This document shows positions 7,887 through 16,380 of a DNA stretch of 64,000 bases, one piece after another. The DNA is taken from NCBI GenBank assembly GCA_034667685.1, contig JAXDQU010000079.1:1-64000 (forward strand), in the 5' to 3' direction. The notes beneath the pieces were generated by a model, which had not been told where the DNA came from, made no database searches, and saw only the letters and a list, made by a program, of their open reading frames with translations. This DNA is from Thermoplasmata archaeon (GTDB lineage Archaea; Thermoplasmatota; SW-10-69-26; JACQPN01; JAJPHT01). Position 1 is the first letter of the stretch. Each line of letters begins with the position of its first letter. The position numbers were made by a program, and so were the translations under genes.

Positions 7887-9055
7887 CGACGCTGGCGCCC
7901 GTTCCGCCGGGGGAGCCCACGCCGCGCCGGCCCTGGACGGGGCGCGCGCTCCTGGGACGGAATTGGGAAGCCAACCGCGAGTACGCCACGCAAATCCTGA
8001 GCGCCGCGTACAACCAGATCGCGGACAAGCCCGCCGAGAATTGGGCCTTGTGGCAGGGCGTCCGCCGCAAGCTCACCGCCGTTCTCACCGAACGCTGGCG
8101 CGCAAGCGGCCTGCGAACCGCGCGCATGTACCACGACGCGCTGATGAGCCGCGTTGCGCCCCTGGAACCCAGCCGCAAGCCCGGTGAACACGTCGCCCTG
8201 GTCCACGCGCTGCTCACCGACTACAACGACCCGTTTGCGGAACACTGTGAGTACCGCCACGACAACGACGGCAACGTACACCTTGAGATCACCGGGCACA
8301 CCGGCATGGCGAAAAGTAGCTGTGCTATCAGCATCGCAGATTGGCTTTCGCCCATCGAACCCGCGCGCCTGCGGGATCACGTCAACTTCGACCTGAGCGA
8401 GCTGCACAAGCGGCTCAAGGGCAAGCGAGCCCGTGAGACGGTCATTCAAGACGAATACCTCGCGCTGAGCGGCGAAGGCGCGCGCACCGACCAAGCCCGC
8501 TTCGCCAATCTTGAGGACACGCTGCGCGCCAGCGGCGTCAATCTCTTCGTCCTCTCACCGCGCCGCCAGGATCACGCCACCATGCAGGCACGCCTCGAAG
8601 CCTTGGCGTGGAACCGCGCGCAGCGATGGACCGGCTTTCTTGTGTGGGTCGAGGACACGCCCTTGGGAATGCTCAGCGTCCCGTGGTGCCGCCCCGAGTT
8701 GTGGGCCGAATACAAGGCGTTCAAGGCCGCCAACACCGACCGCACCCTGAGCGGCGCGTTCCGCGACGAACGCCATATCGCGCGTACCGGCCTTCAGGTC
8801 CTTGACGATGAGCGCGTAATCCGCTACCTTACGCAGATCGTGGCGAAGCCGAAGAAGGCCACCATTGAGGAAGCCCTCACGCACTTCTGCCCCATGATGC
8901 TCAGCGCCACGCAGAAGGGCCAGGTCGCGGACTTCATCTGGTTCGCCGCCACCGAGTTGAACCGCTTCGGCGCCGAGTTTGAATGGTTCTTCGGCCTGCC
9001 CCCCAACGACGGGCTGCGCGCCGTCGCGGACGCCTGCCGAAAGACGGTGGCCTGA
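7883..9055 (+). CDS. P-loop ATPase, Zot/pI-like morphogenesis or packaging ATPase (390 aa)
   Basis: Walker A variant GHTGMAKS, Walker B VIQDE, downstream TLRASG with a candidate arginine finger. Confidence 0.75.
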   Translation: MTTLAPVPPGEPTPRRPWTGRALLGRNWEANREYATQILSAAYNQIADKPAENWALWQGVRRKLTAVLTERWRASGLRTARMYHDALMSRVAPLEPSRKPGEHVALVHALLTDYNDPFAEHCEYRHDNDGNVHLEITGHTGMAKSSCAISIADWLSPIEPARLRDHVNFDLSELHKRLKGKRARETVIQDEYLALSGEGARTDQARFANLEDTLRASGVNLFVLSPRRQDHATMQARLEALAWNRAQRWTGFLVWVEDTPLGMLSVPWCRPELWAEYKAFKAANTDRTLSGAFRDERHIARTGLQVLDDERVIRYLTQIVAKPKKATIEEALTHFCPMMLSATQKGQVADFIWFAATELNRFGAEFEWFFGLPPNDGLRAVADACRKTVA

Positions 9056-10161
9056 TGGCGCTCCACTGGCCCACGCAAACCCGATGGGTTGACGATCTAC
9101 GCGACGTCGCCCCCGCCGCCCTCGACATGTGGAACCGCCACACGCGCGCATGGGGTGGCCACCGCTCTCTGACGCGCTTCCTGAGCGAGCACTACCCCGC
9201 CGAGTGGTCCCGCGTCCGCGAGTGTCGCGTCAAGTGGGAATGGTACAGCGGCACCGGCCCCCAGCGCAAGTACCGCGTCGAACGCGAGCCCTGCCGCTGC
9301 CGCCCGTTCTGCCCTGCCTGCAACAACCAATGGCAGAACGAGCGCGCACGGGGCGCCCTCAAGGCGCTGCGCCGCGTCACCCCCGGCAACAAGCCGCCCC
9401 TCGCGTTCATGCTCACCCTCGCCCCGCGAAAGCACGAGGCCCCAGGCAGCGAATGGCAAACCATCGCCGCCGAACACCACCGCGCGTACATGCGCGGAAT
9501 CTTCCGAGGCATCGAGGAATGCTTCGGGGAAGGAATCGGCGCCTTCGCCATCTATCAGCACTACGGCGAGAAACCCTTCGTCCTCACCCACCCGCACGCG
9601 CATTTCATCCTCAGCGGGTGGATGCTCCGCGACGATCACCCAGCCCGCACCCCGTACTATGACATGAGCGGCACGGGCGGCCAACGTCTCCGAGAAGCCA
9701 TCCGTTGCGGCATCGAACGCGAGGTAAGCCACGGCATCAAGATTCCAGGGATAGCATTCCTCAACGCGCGCATTGACAAGGTGGAGGACGAACCCGAACG
9801 CCTCGTGCGCCTGTTCCGCTACAACTACCGGGAGTTGATCGACCCGACCAAATGGAAGTACCCCCGCGACTCCGCAGTTGTCAGAATCGAGAATTACCAC
9901 GATCCACACGACGTTGCAGAAGTCACGCCGGCCAAGCTGCGCGCGGCCCTCGAAGAATACGGCCAGCGATACGGCAAGTGGGGCCAACCCGGAAGCCGCG
10001 TCACCGACGCGCGCTTTGGCATCCTCCGCGACAGCACCATCAGCGACACGCAACGCAGGATGGCCCCCGATCTGGACCACCGCGACGATTGCGTGTGCCA
10101 CCGCTGCATGATCTGGAGCGCCCCCTACGACGGCCAGGACGACGCCGCGCCCCTCGCGTAG
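9055..10161 (+). CDS. HUH rolling-circle endonuclease (Rep), IS91/Y2-transposase-like (368 aa)
   Basis: TGATG overlap. Zn motif C...CRCRPFCPAC, motif I FMLTL, QHYG...HPHAHFILSG (HUH), motif III LFRYNYRELI, ARFGIL, and a C-terminal HxxxCxCxxC. Confidence 0.8.
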   Translation: MALHWPTQTRWVDDLRDVAPAALDMWNRHTRAWGGHRSLTRFLSEHYPAEWSRVRECRVKWEWYSGTGPQRKYRVEREPCRCRPFCPACNNQWQNERARGALKALRRVTPGNKPPLAFMLTLAPRKHEAPGSEWQTIAAEHHRAYMRGIFRGIEECFGEGIGAFAIYQHYGEKPFVLTHPHAHFILSGWMLRDDHPARTPYYDMSGTGGQRLREAIRCGIEREVSHGIKIPGIAFLNARIDKVEDEPERLVRLFRYNYRELIDPTKWKYPRDSAVVRIENYHDPHDVAEVTPAKLRAALEEYGQRYGKWGQPGSRVTDARFGILRDSTISDTQRRMAPDLDHRDDCVCHRCMIWSAPYDGQDDAAPLA

Positions 10162-10167
10162 CCTCTC

Positions 10168-10920
10168 CTACCGGCGCCGCGCCCACGCGAGCCCGACGAC
10201 CGCCACGACGATCCACGCCACCGTCACGCCCGGTACGGTGTGCGTCTCATCGCTCACGCTGGGCGCGGGGTACGTCCCCGAGATCGTGAAGGACCCCGGC
10301 GCGGCCCCCGACGCGCACGCCTGGACGAACACAAGCCCCTCAGTCTTGGGGTCCACCGTCGAGTTGAACGCCTCGCCCCCGCGCTTCTGTACCGTCAGGT
10401 TGGACGACAGCAGCGCGAACGCCACGCCCGTCCCGTTCGCGCGGACCAACGCCGGCTTTTCCATCCCGTCCAGCGTGTAGAGGTACGCCTTGCAGGCCCC
10501 AGGCCCCAGCGTGTCGTTCAACTCAACATAGGGGGGCGCCTTGTCGAGCGGGAGGTTCGTCATCAGGTCGTTCCGCGCCGCCATCAGGACGCCCGTGCCG
10601 TTCTGAACCGCGAGCGTTCGCGTCGGGTCCTGGGACGGCACGACCTGATAGCCGCTCACCTCGAACGGATGCAAGTGGAGGTTGTAGTCCGAGATAGCGA
10701 TTCCAACGTGCGACGTGTCGAGGTCCGCGCCCTTGTCGAACGCGGAGAAGTAGAGGATCAGCGAGCTACCAGAAAGTGAAAGAGAAAGAGAATCGCCCGC
10801 AGCGAAGGGCGCGAGCTTCCCCTCCGTGATCGTGTTATCAGCGGCGTTCGCCGCGCCGGTCATGTAGGGAAAGAGCCCTCCTGCTGCGAGCAGAAGGAGC
10901 GTCACAAGGGCGCTCCGCAT
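10168..10920 (-). CDS. Secreted protein with PGF-CTERM-like sorting tail (cargo)
   Basis: Signal peptide MRSALVTLLLLAAG; C-terminus VPGVTVAWIVVAVVGLAWARRR. Confidence 0.75.
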   Translation of the reverse strand: MRSALVTLLLLAAGGLFPYMTGAANAADNTITEGKLAPFAAGDSLSLSLSGSSLILYFSAFDKGADLDTSHVGIAISDYNLHLHPFEVSGYQVVPSQDPTRTLAVQNGTGVLMAARNDLMTNLPLDKAPPYVELNDTLGPGACKAYLYTLDGMEKPALVRANGTGVAFALLSSNLTVQKRGGEAFNSTVDPKTEGLVFVQACASGAAPGSFTISGTYPAPSVSDETHTVPGVTVAWIVVAVVGLAWARRR

Positions 10921-10937
10921 GGTTCGTCCGCTCCGCT

Positions 10938-11987
10938 TCAGGTCCACGTCAGCGCGCGGTTGAGCCAGCCCGTGTCGTCGTGGTACTCCTGGAGGCAGAC
11001 GGAACACGCATACGAATCGTGGTCCATGCGGAAGTACATGTAGGCTCCCAGGGTCCCCGGCACGTTGCCTTGCGCCGCGTAGTTCAGGGTGCCCGTGTAG
11101 GTGTGGCCGCTGCTGACGAACGTGGAGGTCGCGCCGTAGGTGTCCTGATCCCAGGTCGGGTCAGACCCCATCGTGTCCGTGGAGCGGAGGTTCATGGGGC
11201 TCGTCTGCGTCCACGACACCTGGGCGCTGGGGCCTTCCTTGCCGACGCTGTACCCGTAGGAGCCGGTCTGCGCGTTGACGAACGCGGGCTCGTAGTCGCC
11301 CATGAACGTGTTGCCGCTGGAGCGCACGCCAAGGGCGGCGTGGTACACGTCGGAGTACATGTGGTACGGACAGCAGTTCGTGTCACCGTTGCCGAACCAC
11401 TGGGACGACGTAATGTAGTAGCGATACGTCGGGTCGTTGTCGTTGTCGATCTTGTACCACGTCACGACGACGCGCCAGTGGCCGTACCGGACTTCCTGGG
11501 ACGCGAGGACCGACTTGGAGGGTTCGAGGTTCGGGTGAACGTTCGTGTCCGGGACGACGGGCGGCACGTTCGCCGGCATCGGGAGGTCCGGCACCGCGAG
11601 CTTGGCCGCCGAGGGAACGCCGACGCTCAGCGTCCACGAGTGGCCGCCGGAGGCGAGGTTGATCTCGCCCGGCGCGGGCGCCATGAAGCCCGCCACGGTG
11701 GCGCTGCCGTCCTTGTCCGCCGTGCCGGAGGCCAGCGGCGTGTTCAGCGGCCCGGAAGTGATCGTGAACGGCGCGGAGGGGGCGAGCCCTTCCATCGTCA
11801 GGTCCACGAGCTCGCCCGCGACCAGGGGGTGCGCGAGGCGCGGCGTGCCGGCCATGAGGTCCACCAGGGCCACGGGGCGGCTGGGGTCCTGGGGCAGCGC
11901 GGGAACGTCCGCGCTGGCGAGGGTGGTAGTCAGGCCCGAGAAGGCCGCAAGCAACAGAAGCGCGAGAAGCGCCATCGAGGTTCTCAT
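10938..11987 (-). CDS. Secreted beta-rich hypothetical protein (cargo)
   Basis: AGGAGA SD; signal peptide; Pro-rich linker followed by a Tyr/Thr-rich domain. Confidence 0.75.
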   Translation of the reverse strand: MRTSMALLALLLLAAFSGLTTTLASADVPALPQDPSRPVALVDLMAGTPRLAHPLVAGELVDLTMEGLAPSAPFTITSGPLNTPLASGTADKDGSATVAGFMAPAPGEINLASGGHSWTLSVGVPSAAKLAVPDLPMPANVPPVVPDTNVHPNLEPSKSVLASQEVRYGHWRVVVTWYKIDNDNDPTYRYYITSSQWFGNGDTNCCPYHMYSDVYHAALGVRSSGNTFMGDYEPAFVNAQTGSYGYSVGKEGPSAQVSWTQTSPMNLRSTDTMGSDPTWDQDTYGATSTFVSSGHTYTGTLNYAAQGNVPGTLGAYMYFRMDHDSYACSVCLQEYHDDTGWLNRALTWT

Positions 11988-12170
11988 CGTGTAGTCTCCT
12001 GAGAGTCCCGTAGAGCGGCGCGTTACCCCGCCAACAAGCTCCCCGCCGTAGCTAACTGCTACCGTAGCATAAGCGCATTGGCGCTGAAGTGAATCCGATG
12101 CACAACAAGTCGAAAAATCCCCGAGAAAAATCACACTGAGCCGACGCGCTGCGAGTCGTCGCCTGCTAAA

Positions 12171-12674
12171 CTATTCTGGTGAATTGTTGTGAAGCCCCGA
12201 GTCAGGCTCCTTCGTCAACCTCCCTTCATCGTTCAGTTCGGTTACGCTACGCTTGGCGTCGGCACGTTCGCAAGCCTCGCAATCCCTTGTGATGATCCCG
12301 TCCGGCGCAATCGGAATCCAGAGCCCGCTTCCGTAGGGTGTGGCTCCGCATAGCGCCGTGCCGCTCCATGACCTCGTTCTCTTGCTGACCGGACGACCCA
12401 GGCGCACCCGATGGGCGTAGAAGTCGGCGCCGGTCGAGTAACAGCGGACGACGCGACCGGGCGCAAGCTCGCGGCGCCAAGACTGGTCCTTCGGCCCGAC
12501 CTCGCCGCCGCAGATGATCCTGAGCCCCGTTGCTTCGGAGTGTCCGTTGATCCGCGTGTGGATCGTGCGCCTTTCTTCCTGGCTAAAGACGCGCTCGGTC
12601 GGCTTGCGACCGCAGCGGTAGCACACTTGATCTTCTTCTGGATCGGGTGCCGGCTCCGTCCATCCCTCGCTCAC
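12171..12674 (-). CDS. Zn-finger-containing hypothetical protein
   Basis: CYRCG, ALCG...CEAC; GTGA overlap with the upstream gene. Confidence 0.6.
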   Translation of the reverse strand: MSEGWTEPAPDPEEDQVCYRCGRKPTERVFSQEERRTIHTRINGHSEATGLRIICGGEVGPKDQSWRRELAPGRVVRCYSTGADFYAHRVRLGRPVSKRTRSWSGTALCGATPYGSGLWIPIAPDGIITRDCEACERADAKRSVTELNDEGRLTKEPDSGLHNNSPE

Positions 12675-12853
12675 GAGGCGGCCCCCTCGTCGCTCGGCTC
12701 ATTGGCGAACAGCAGCGCGAGGCAAAGCTGCTCGTGGGCCGACTCAAGCGCGGCGAGGTCGAGGCGAGAGGCCACGCCCCCGCCGTCCAGCCTGTCCCTG
12801 GCGGCGATCATCAGGGCTTGAATCTCCAACGGCTCCAGTTCCACCGAAACCAT
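12671..12853 (-). CDS. Small hypothetical protein (60 aa)
   Basis: AGGA SD before ATG 12853; helical; coupled to the next gene. Confidence 0.55.
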   Translation of the reverse strand: MVSVELEPLEIQALMIAARDRLDGGGVASRLDLAALESAHEQLCLALLFANEPSDEGAAS

Positions 12854-12933
12854 AGCGTCCTGCGGTGGCAGAATGCTACGGTAAGGGGAAAGGGTTTGCG
12901 GCTTCAACCCGTTGCGCCACACGAGGGCGAGGC

Positions 12934-13257
12934 TTGGAGGACATTCTCAGCCGGCCCCGCGTCTGCCGTCTCATTGTCGAATTGAGGAAGGTTCACCCAA
13001 AGCCCATGACCGCCACCCAGGCGATGCGCGCGACCGGCTACTTCTCGCGTGACCTGGGGAAGCTCCTGCGCGATTGCCGGGAGTGGGGCCTTGTGTCCGT
13101 CGAATCGCGCGTGCAAGGCAACGCCGAACCCAAGGCGATCAGCCTGACGCCCGAAGGCGTTGAGTCCGGCGACGTGCTGATGCGCTTCGAGAGCTTGGCT
13201 CTCAAGGCTCGCAGCCGCGCGCCGCCCATCGAGGACGAACCCGACGACGGCGATTAG
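12934..13257 (+). CDS. Winged-helix transcription regulator (MarR/ArsR-like)
   Basis: wHTH pattern ending GLVSVE...ISLTPEG; TTG start inferred; divergent from the 12853 gene. Confidence 0.7.
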   Translation: MEDILSRPRVCRLIVELRKVHPKPMTATQAMRATGYFSRDLGKLLRDCREWGLVSVESRVQGNAEPKAISLTPEGVESGDVLMRFESLALKARSRAPPIEDEPDDGD

Positions 13258-14774
13258 GCCAGCGCCGCAAGGCGAGCCCGCGCCGCTTCCAGCGCCCCGC
13301 GCACCAACGGATCGTCCACGACCGACGCCAACTCCGGCTCCTGCTCGATCCTCGCAACGAGGCTCGCGGAGATCGTGCGCGACAGGCCCCGCGCAAGGTA
13401 GATCGGCGCGCGCTGCGGCTGCTGTCGCCACACGGCGCACATGGCGGCCCACCGTTCCGCTTCGCCGCTCTCCAAGTAGTGCGCGGCCTCGTCAAACGCC
13501 CGTTCGGCCTCTTCGTAGCGGCCCAGCTTCACCAGCGCCATGCCGTAGTCCGCGCGCAGATCACCGCGCCGGGGCTCGTGCGCGATGGCGCGCGGGTAGA
13601 GGTCCACCGCCATGAGCCAGTTCCCCGAGTCTGCCGCCAGCGCCGCACGCTCGGCCAAGCTCAAGCGCGGCTCCACGGGCGCAACGCGACGGCCCCGCCT
13701 GCGACGAACGTAGTAGCCGCCCGCCAAGGCGCTCCCAAGGATCAGACCGCCGAGGGTTGCCGCTGGAACGATGGATCGGGCGCGGGGGAACAGCGGTGGC
13801 GGTGCGGGCATGTGCGTCCCCTGAATCGAGGTCCCACGGAACGCGCCTTGGAAGTCGAGCCCAACCGCGCCGCTCGTCGCTTTCAGCGTCCCCGACATGG
13901 CGCCGTCAACCCACGCGGGGCCGCGCGTGGCGGAATACAACGTGTCCGCCGTCGTGACGTTACCTTGGGCGTCCTCGAACGAGAGCCGCCCATCCCATGT
14001 CGCCGTCGCGGTCGTGCCCGCCACGACGGCGCCCACGTCGCCCACGTCCAACGTTGCGTTCTCAAACTCCAGCCAAGCCCATTCGACGTTCCGACCGTGA
14101 ACGGGCGCGTCACTGGTGAAGTTGTCTCCGGTCCGCAAGGGCGTCACGCCCTCCGGCGTAGCAATCTCAACGTCGGGACCGTTGAGCTTCACCGTCCCGC
14201 GACCCGTGCAAGAAACCGCCCCGCGCGTCTCCGTCAGGAGGTAGGGCGACGTGAAACGGGCCAAGAAGTGCGGCCACGAGGGCGCGTCATCGGTCGCGGT
14301 GGAACCCGTGTCAATGTCCGGGCTTACCACGTCACCGCTTGCGCGCGCCCCCGTTTGGACGGGCGAGAACGCGCAAGAGGCGCCGTCAAGATGCGCGCCC
14401 AGCCATCCGGATTGGTTGCCCTGCGTCAAGCCGACGCGGGCGTGGGAGAAGTCCGAACACGTCACCTTGTCTTTGGCGGTGGGTGCGCTCGTCGAGAACG
14501 CGAACGACCCGGCGGCAACCTCCGTCTGAGGATGCTCGTACCCGCAAGCGTGCAGAAGCGCCGTCGAGATCGTCAGCTTCCCCAGCTCGTCCGTGTGCGG
14601 AACCAACAGCACCACGCCGGCCATGCTCCCGGCGCTCTCGGCGGGGAACGTTACGCTGCCCGCCACGGTCAGCGACCCTTGGGTTCCGGGGCTGGCGGTG
14701 GCGAGCCCCGCGCAGGCGATCAACAGCAGTAGAAGGCTTGCCCCCCGTAGCCCCGCGCTGTTAGAATCCCCCAT
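13254..14774 (-). CDS. Single-pass membrane protein: extracellular beta domain, TM and cytoplasmic TPR repeats
   Basis: Signal peptide; TM followed by RRRR; TPR-like ADYGMALVKLGRYEEAERAFDEA. Confidence 0.75.
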   Translation of the reverse strand: MGDSNSAGLRGASLLLLLIACAGLATASPGTQGSLTVAGSVTFPAESAGSMAGVVLLVPHTDELGKLTISTALLHACGYEHPQTEVAAGSFAFSTSAPTAKDKVTCSDFSHARVGLTQGNQSGWLGAHLDGASCAFSPVQTGARASGDVVSPDIDTGSTATDDAPSWPHFLARFTSPYLLTETRGAVSCTGRGTVKLNGPDVEIATPEGVTPLRTGDNFTSDAPVHGRNVEWAWLEFENATLDVGDVGAVVAGTTATATWDGRLSFEDAQGNVTTADTLYSATRGPAWVDGAMSGTLKATSGAVGLDFQGAFRGTSIQGTHMPAPPPLFPRARSIVPAATLGGLILGSALAGGYYVRRRRGRRVAPVEPRLSLAERAALAADSGNWLMAVDLYPRAIAHEPRRGDLRADYGMALVKLGRYEEAERAFDEAAHYLESGEAERWAAMCAVWRQQPQRAPIYLARGLSRTISASLVARIEQEPELASVVDDPLVRGALEAARARLAALA

Positions 14775-15001
14775 CTTCTCGGCCCGCGGGAGGGCGCCGA
14801 AGGGCCTTGGTTCCTCCGGTCCTGCTGAACCCTGCAACCTCCCGGTTACGTCCCATTTACGTTGTTTGGAGGAAAGTTGTGACGCGGTTTCAAGGCAGCC
14901 CAAAAGCCTATTCCATCGAGCCCAACGAAAACTTGGAGACACGTTCGCAAATCGAACGTCGCCAAGGTTATTGCGACTCTACGCGCTCTTGCGCCGATCC
15001 C

Positions 15002-15445
15002 ATGATGCGGTTCGGCTTCGCGGTCCTCGCGGTCCTCGTCCTGGCCGTCCCGCCCAGCGCGGCTGACGGGATCGACCCCCACGCGCCCGTCCTCGCCATC
15101 GCCTCCACCACGGGCAACGCCGTCGCCGTCTCCTGGGTGCCCGGCGCCGAGGCCCCCGACTACTTCAACGTGTACGGCATGGACAACGGAACCCGGACCC
15201 TCCTGGGAACCGGCGTCACCGCGAACCACGCCGAGGTCGCATGGGGCTTCCCCAGCTACGAGGTTACAGCCGTCACCGGCACAACAGAAACCGCCGCACT
15301 CGTGGCGGTCGCCTTCCTCACGGATATTTGCCGCGTTGAGGTTGACGACGGCCCCCCGCCGACCGTCAACGCGGGCGGCTGCACGCCGGGCCTCCCCGCC
15401 AAGGGCCATCTGGAAATCGACGCCCGCACGGGCCTTGTTGAGTGA
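15002..15445 (+). CDS. Small secreted FN3/Ig-like protein
   Basis: Signal peptide; VSW...YFNVYG...YEVTAV FN3 pattern. Confidence 0.7.
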   Translation: MMRFGFAVLAVLVLAVPPSAADGIDPHAPVLAIASTTGNAVAVSWVPGAEAPDYFNVYGMDNGTRTLLGTGVTANHAEVAWGFPSYEVTAVTGTTETAALVAVAFLTDICRVEVDDGPPPTVNAGGCTPGLPAKGHLEIDARTGLVE

Positions 15446-15449
15446 ACGG

Positions 15450-15542
15450 CTACGGCTCGCGGTAGCCGCATGACCGACAGCCCGGCCCGCCCGCGCAAAG
15501 GCTCAGCGGTTGCCCGCACTCCGGGCACGATGGATCGTCCAT
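15450..15542 (-). CDS. 30-aa CPxCG zinc-finger microprotein
   Basis: GGAGG SD, then MDDPSCPECGQPLSLCAGGPGCRSCGYREP. Confidence 0.6.
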   Translation of the reverse strand: MDDPSCPECGQPLSLCAGGPGCRSCGYREP

Positions 15543-15778
15543 GCCCCTCCAGCACCCCACCCGGCGCGAGATGGCGCCGGGGAGGGTGCGCTGAACCCAC
15601 CACGGACACGGGTGGACAGAAACCAAAGCCGCCCAGGGGAGGAGGGGCGGCTGCGGAGCAAAAGAGGGAAGCCACCGATTCTTGGCGGGCAGGAAGTGGC
15701 TGCACGGGTGGCCGGCGCGCGGCGCCGGAAGAATCGGCGCCCCGCGAGGGGCGCACCCAACCCCGGCGCGACCGGCGA

Positions 15779-16105
15779 TCAGTGGCCCAACGCTGTTTCG
15801 TCCTCCACGAAATCCACGGGGTAGAGCACCGTTGCGCCGGTCTCGTCCAAGCGCAGCACGCGGGCGGGGTTGAGCAGACGGTAATCCTCGGGCTCTCGGA
15901 GCCATCGGCTCCACGTCATCCGGACCCGGCCCGTCGCCCACCGCTCCCGTCTGCTGCTCTCGCCGCAGACCATGACCCACGAGGGGGGCGGGGTGGCGGC
16001 GCGGGTCGCCTCGGCCACGCACGTCCGGAAGCGGCAGAACCCGCGAGCCCGCGTCTCATCCGAGCGGAGAATGCACCGGCAGACCCGGCAACGCGGGGCG
16101 GTCAT
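15779..16105 (-). CDS. Zn-finger protein (DUF6011-like N-terminus)
   Basis: CRVCRCIL...RARGFCRFRTC; ATGA overlap. Confidence 0.6.
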   Translation of the reverse strand: MTAPRCRVCRCILRSDETRARGFCRFRTCVAEATRAATPPPSWVMVCGESSRRERWATGRVRMTWSRWLREPEDYRLLNPARVLRLDETGATVLYPVDFVEDETALGH

Positions 16106-16380
16106 GGCTGCACCCTCGCCAGGATCGCGGGATCGACGGCCCCGAGGACCGAGCGCCAAGGGTGCATCATGCGGCAGGCATCGCAGGCGAACGCCGCGCG
16201 AGTCCACGGCACGGCCAGGACGGGCGTTCCCCGGTAGCGGCAAACGCGCACGTCCAAGGGGCGTTCAACGCTGTGGCCGCACGCGAGCCGCAGCCGGTCC
16301 CCTCGCCCCGTGCCGACGACGGCGCGGAATGCTCCCGCGCACCGGGGGCACGCCCGCGCCCACGTCGCACCGTGGCTCAT
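16102..16380 (-). CDS. Cys-rich Zn-finger protein coupled to the integrase
   Basis: CPRC, LACGH, CDAC; ATGA overlaps at both ends. Confidence 0.6.
   Translation of the reverse strand: MSHGATWARACPRCAGAFRAVVGTGRGDRLRLACGHSVERPLDVRVCRYRGTPVLAVPWTRAAFACDACRMMHPWRSVLGAVDPAILARVQP

Noticed and set aside
829-9055. Pleolipovirus or type IV pilus/secretion locus interpretation
   Set aside because: The small protein fits the SSV VP1 pattern, not a class III signal pilin. No prepilin peptidase, PilB/TadC or recognisable pleolipovirus core genes were seen. Not fully excluded without profile searches.
9055-10161. Independent IS91 insertion sequence
   Set aside because: It is translationally coupled to the ATPase and has no flanking space for IS ends.
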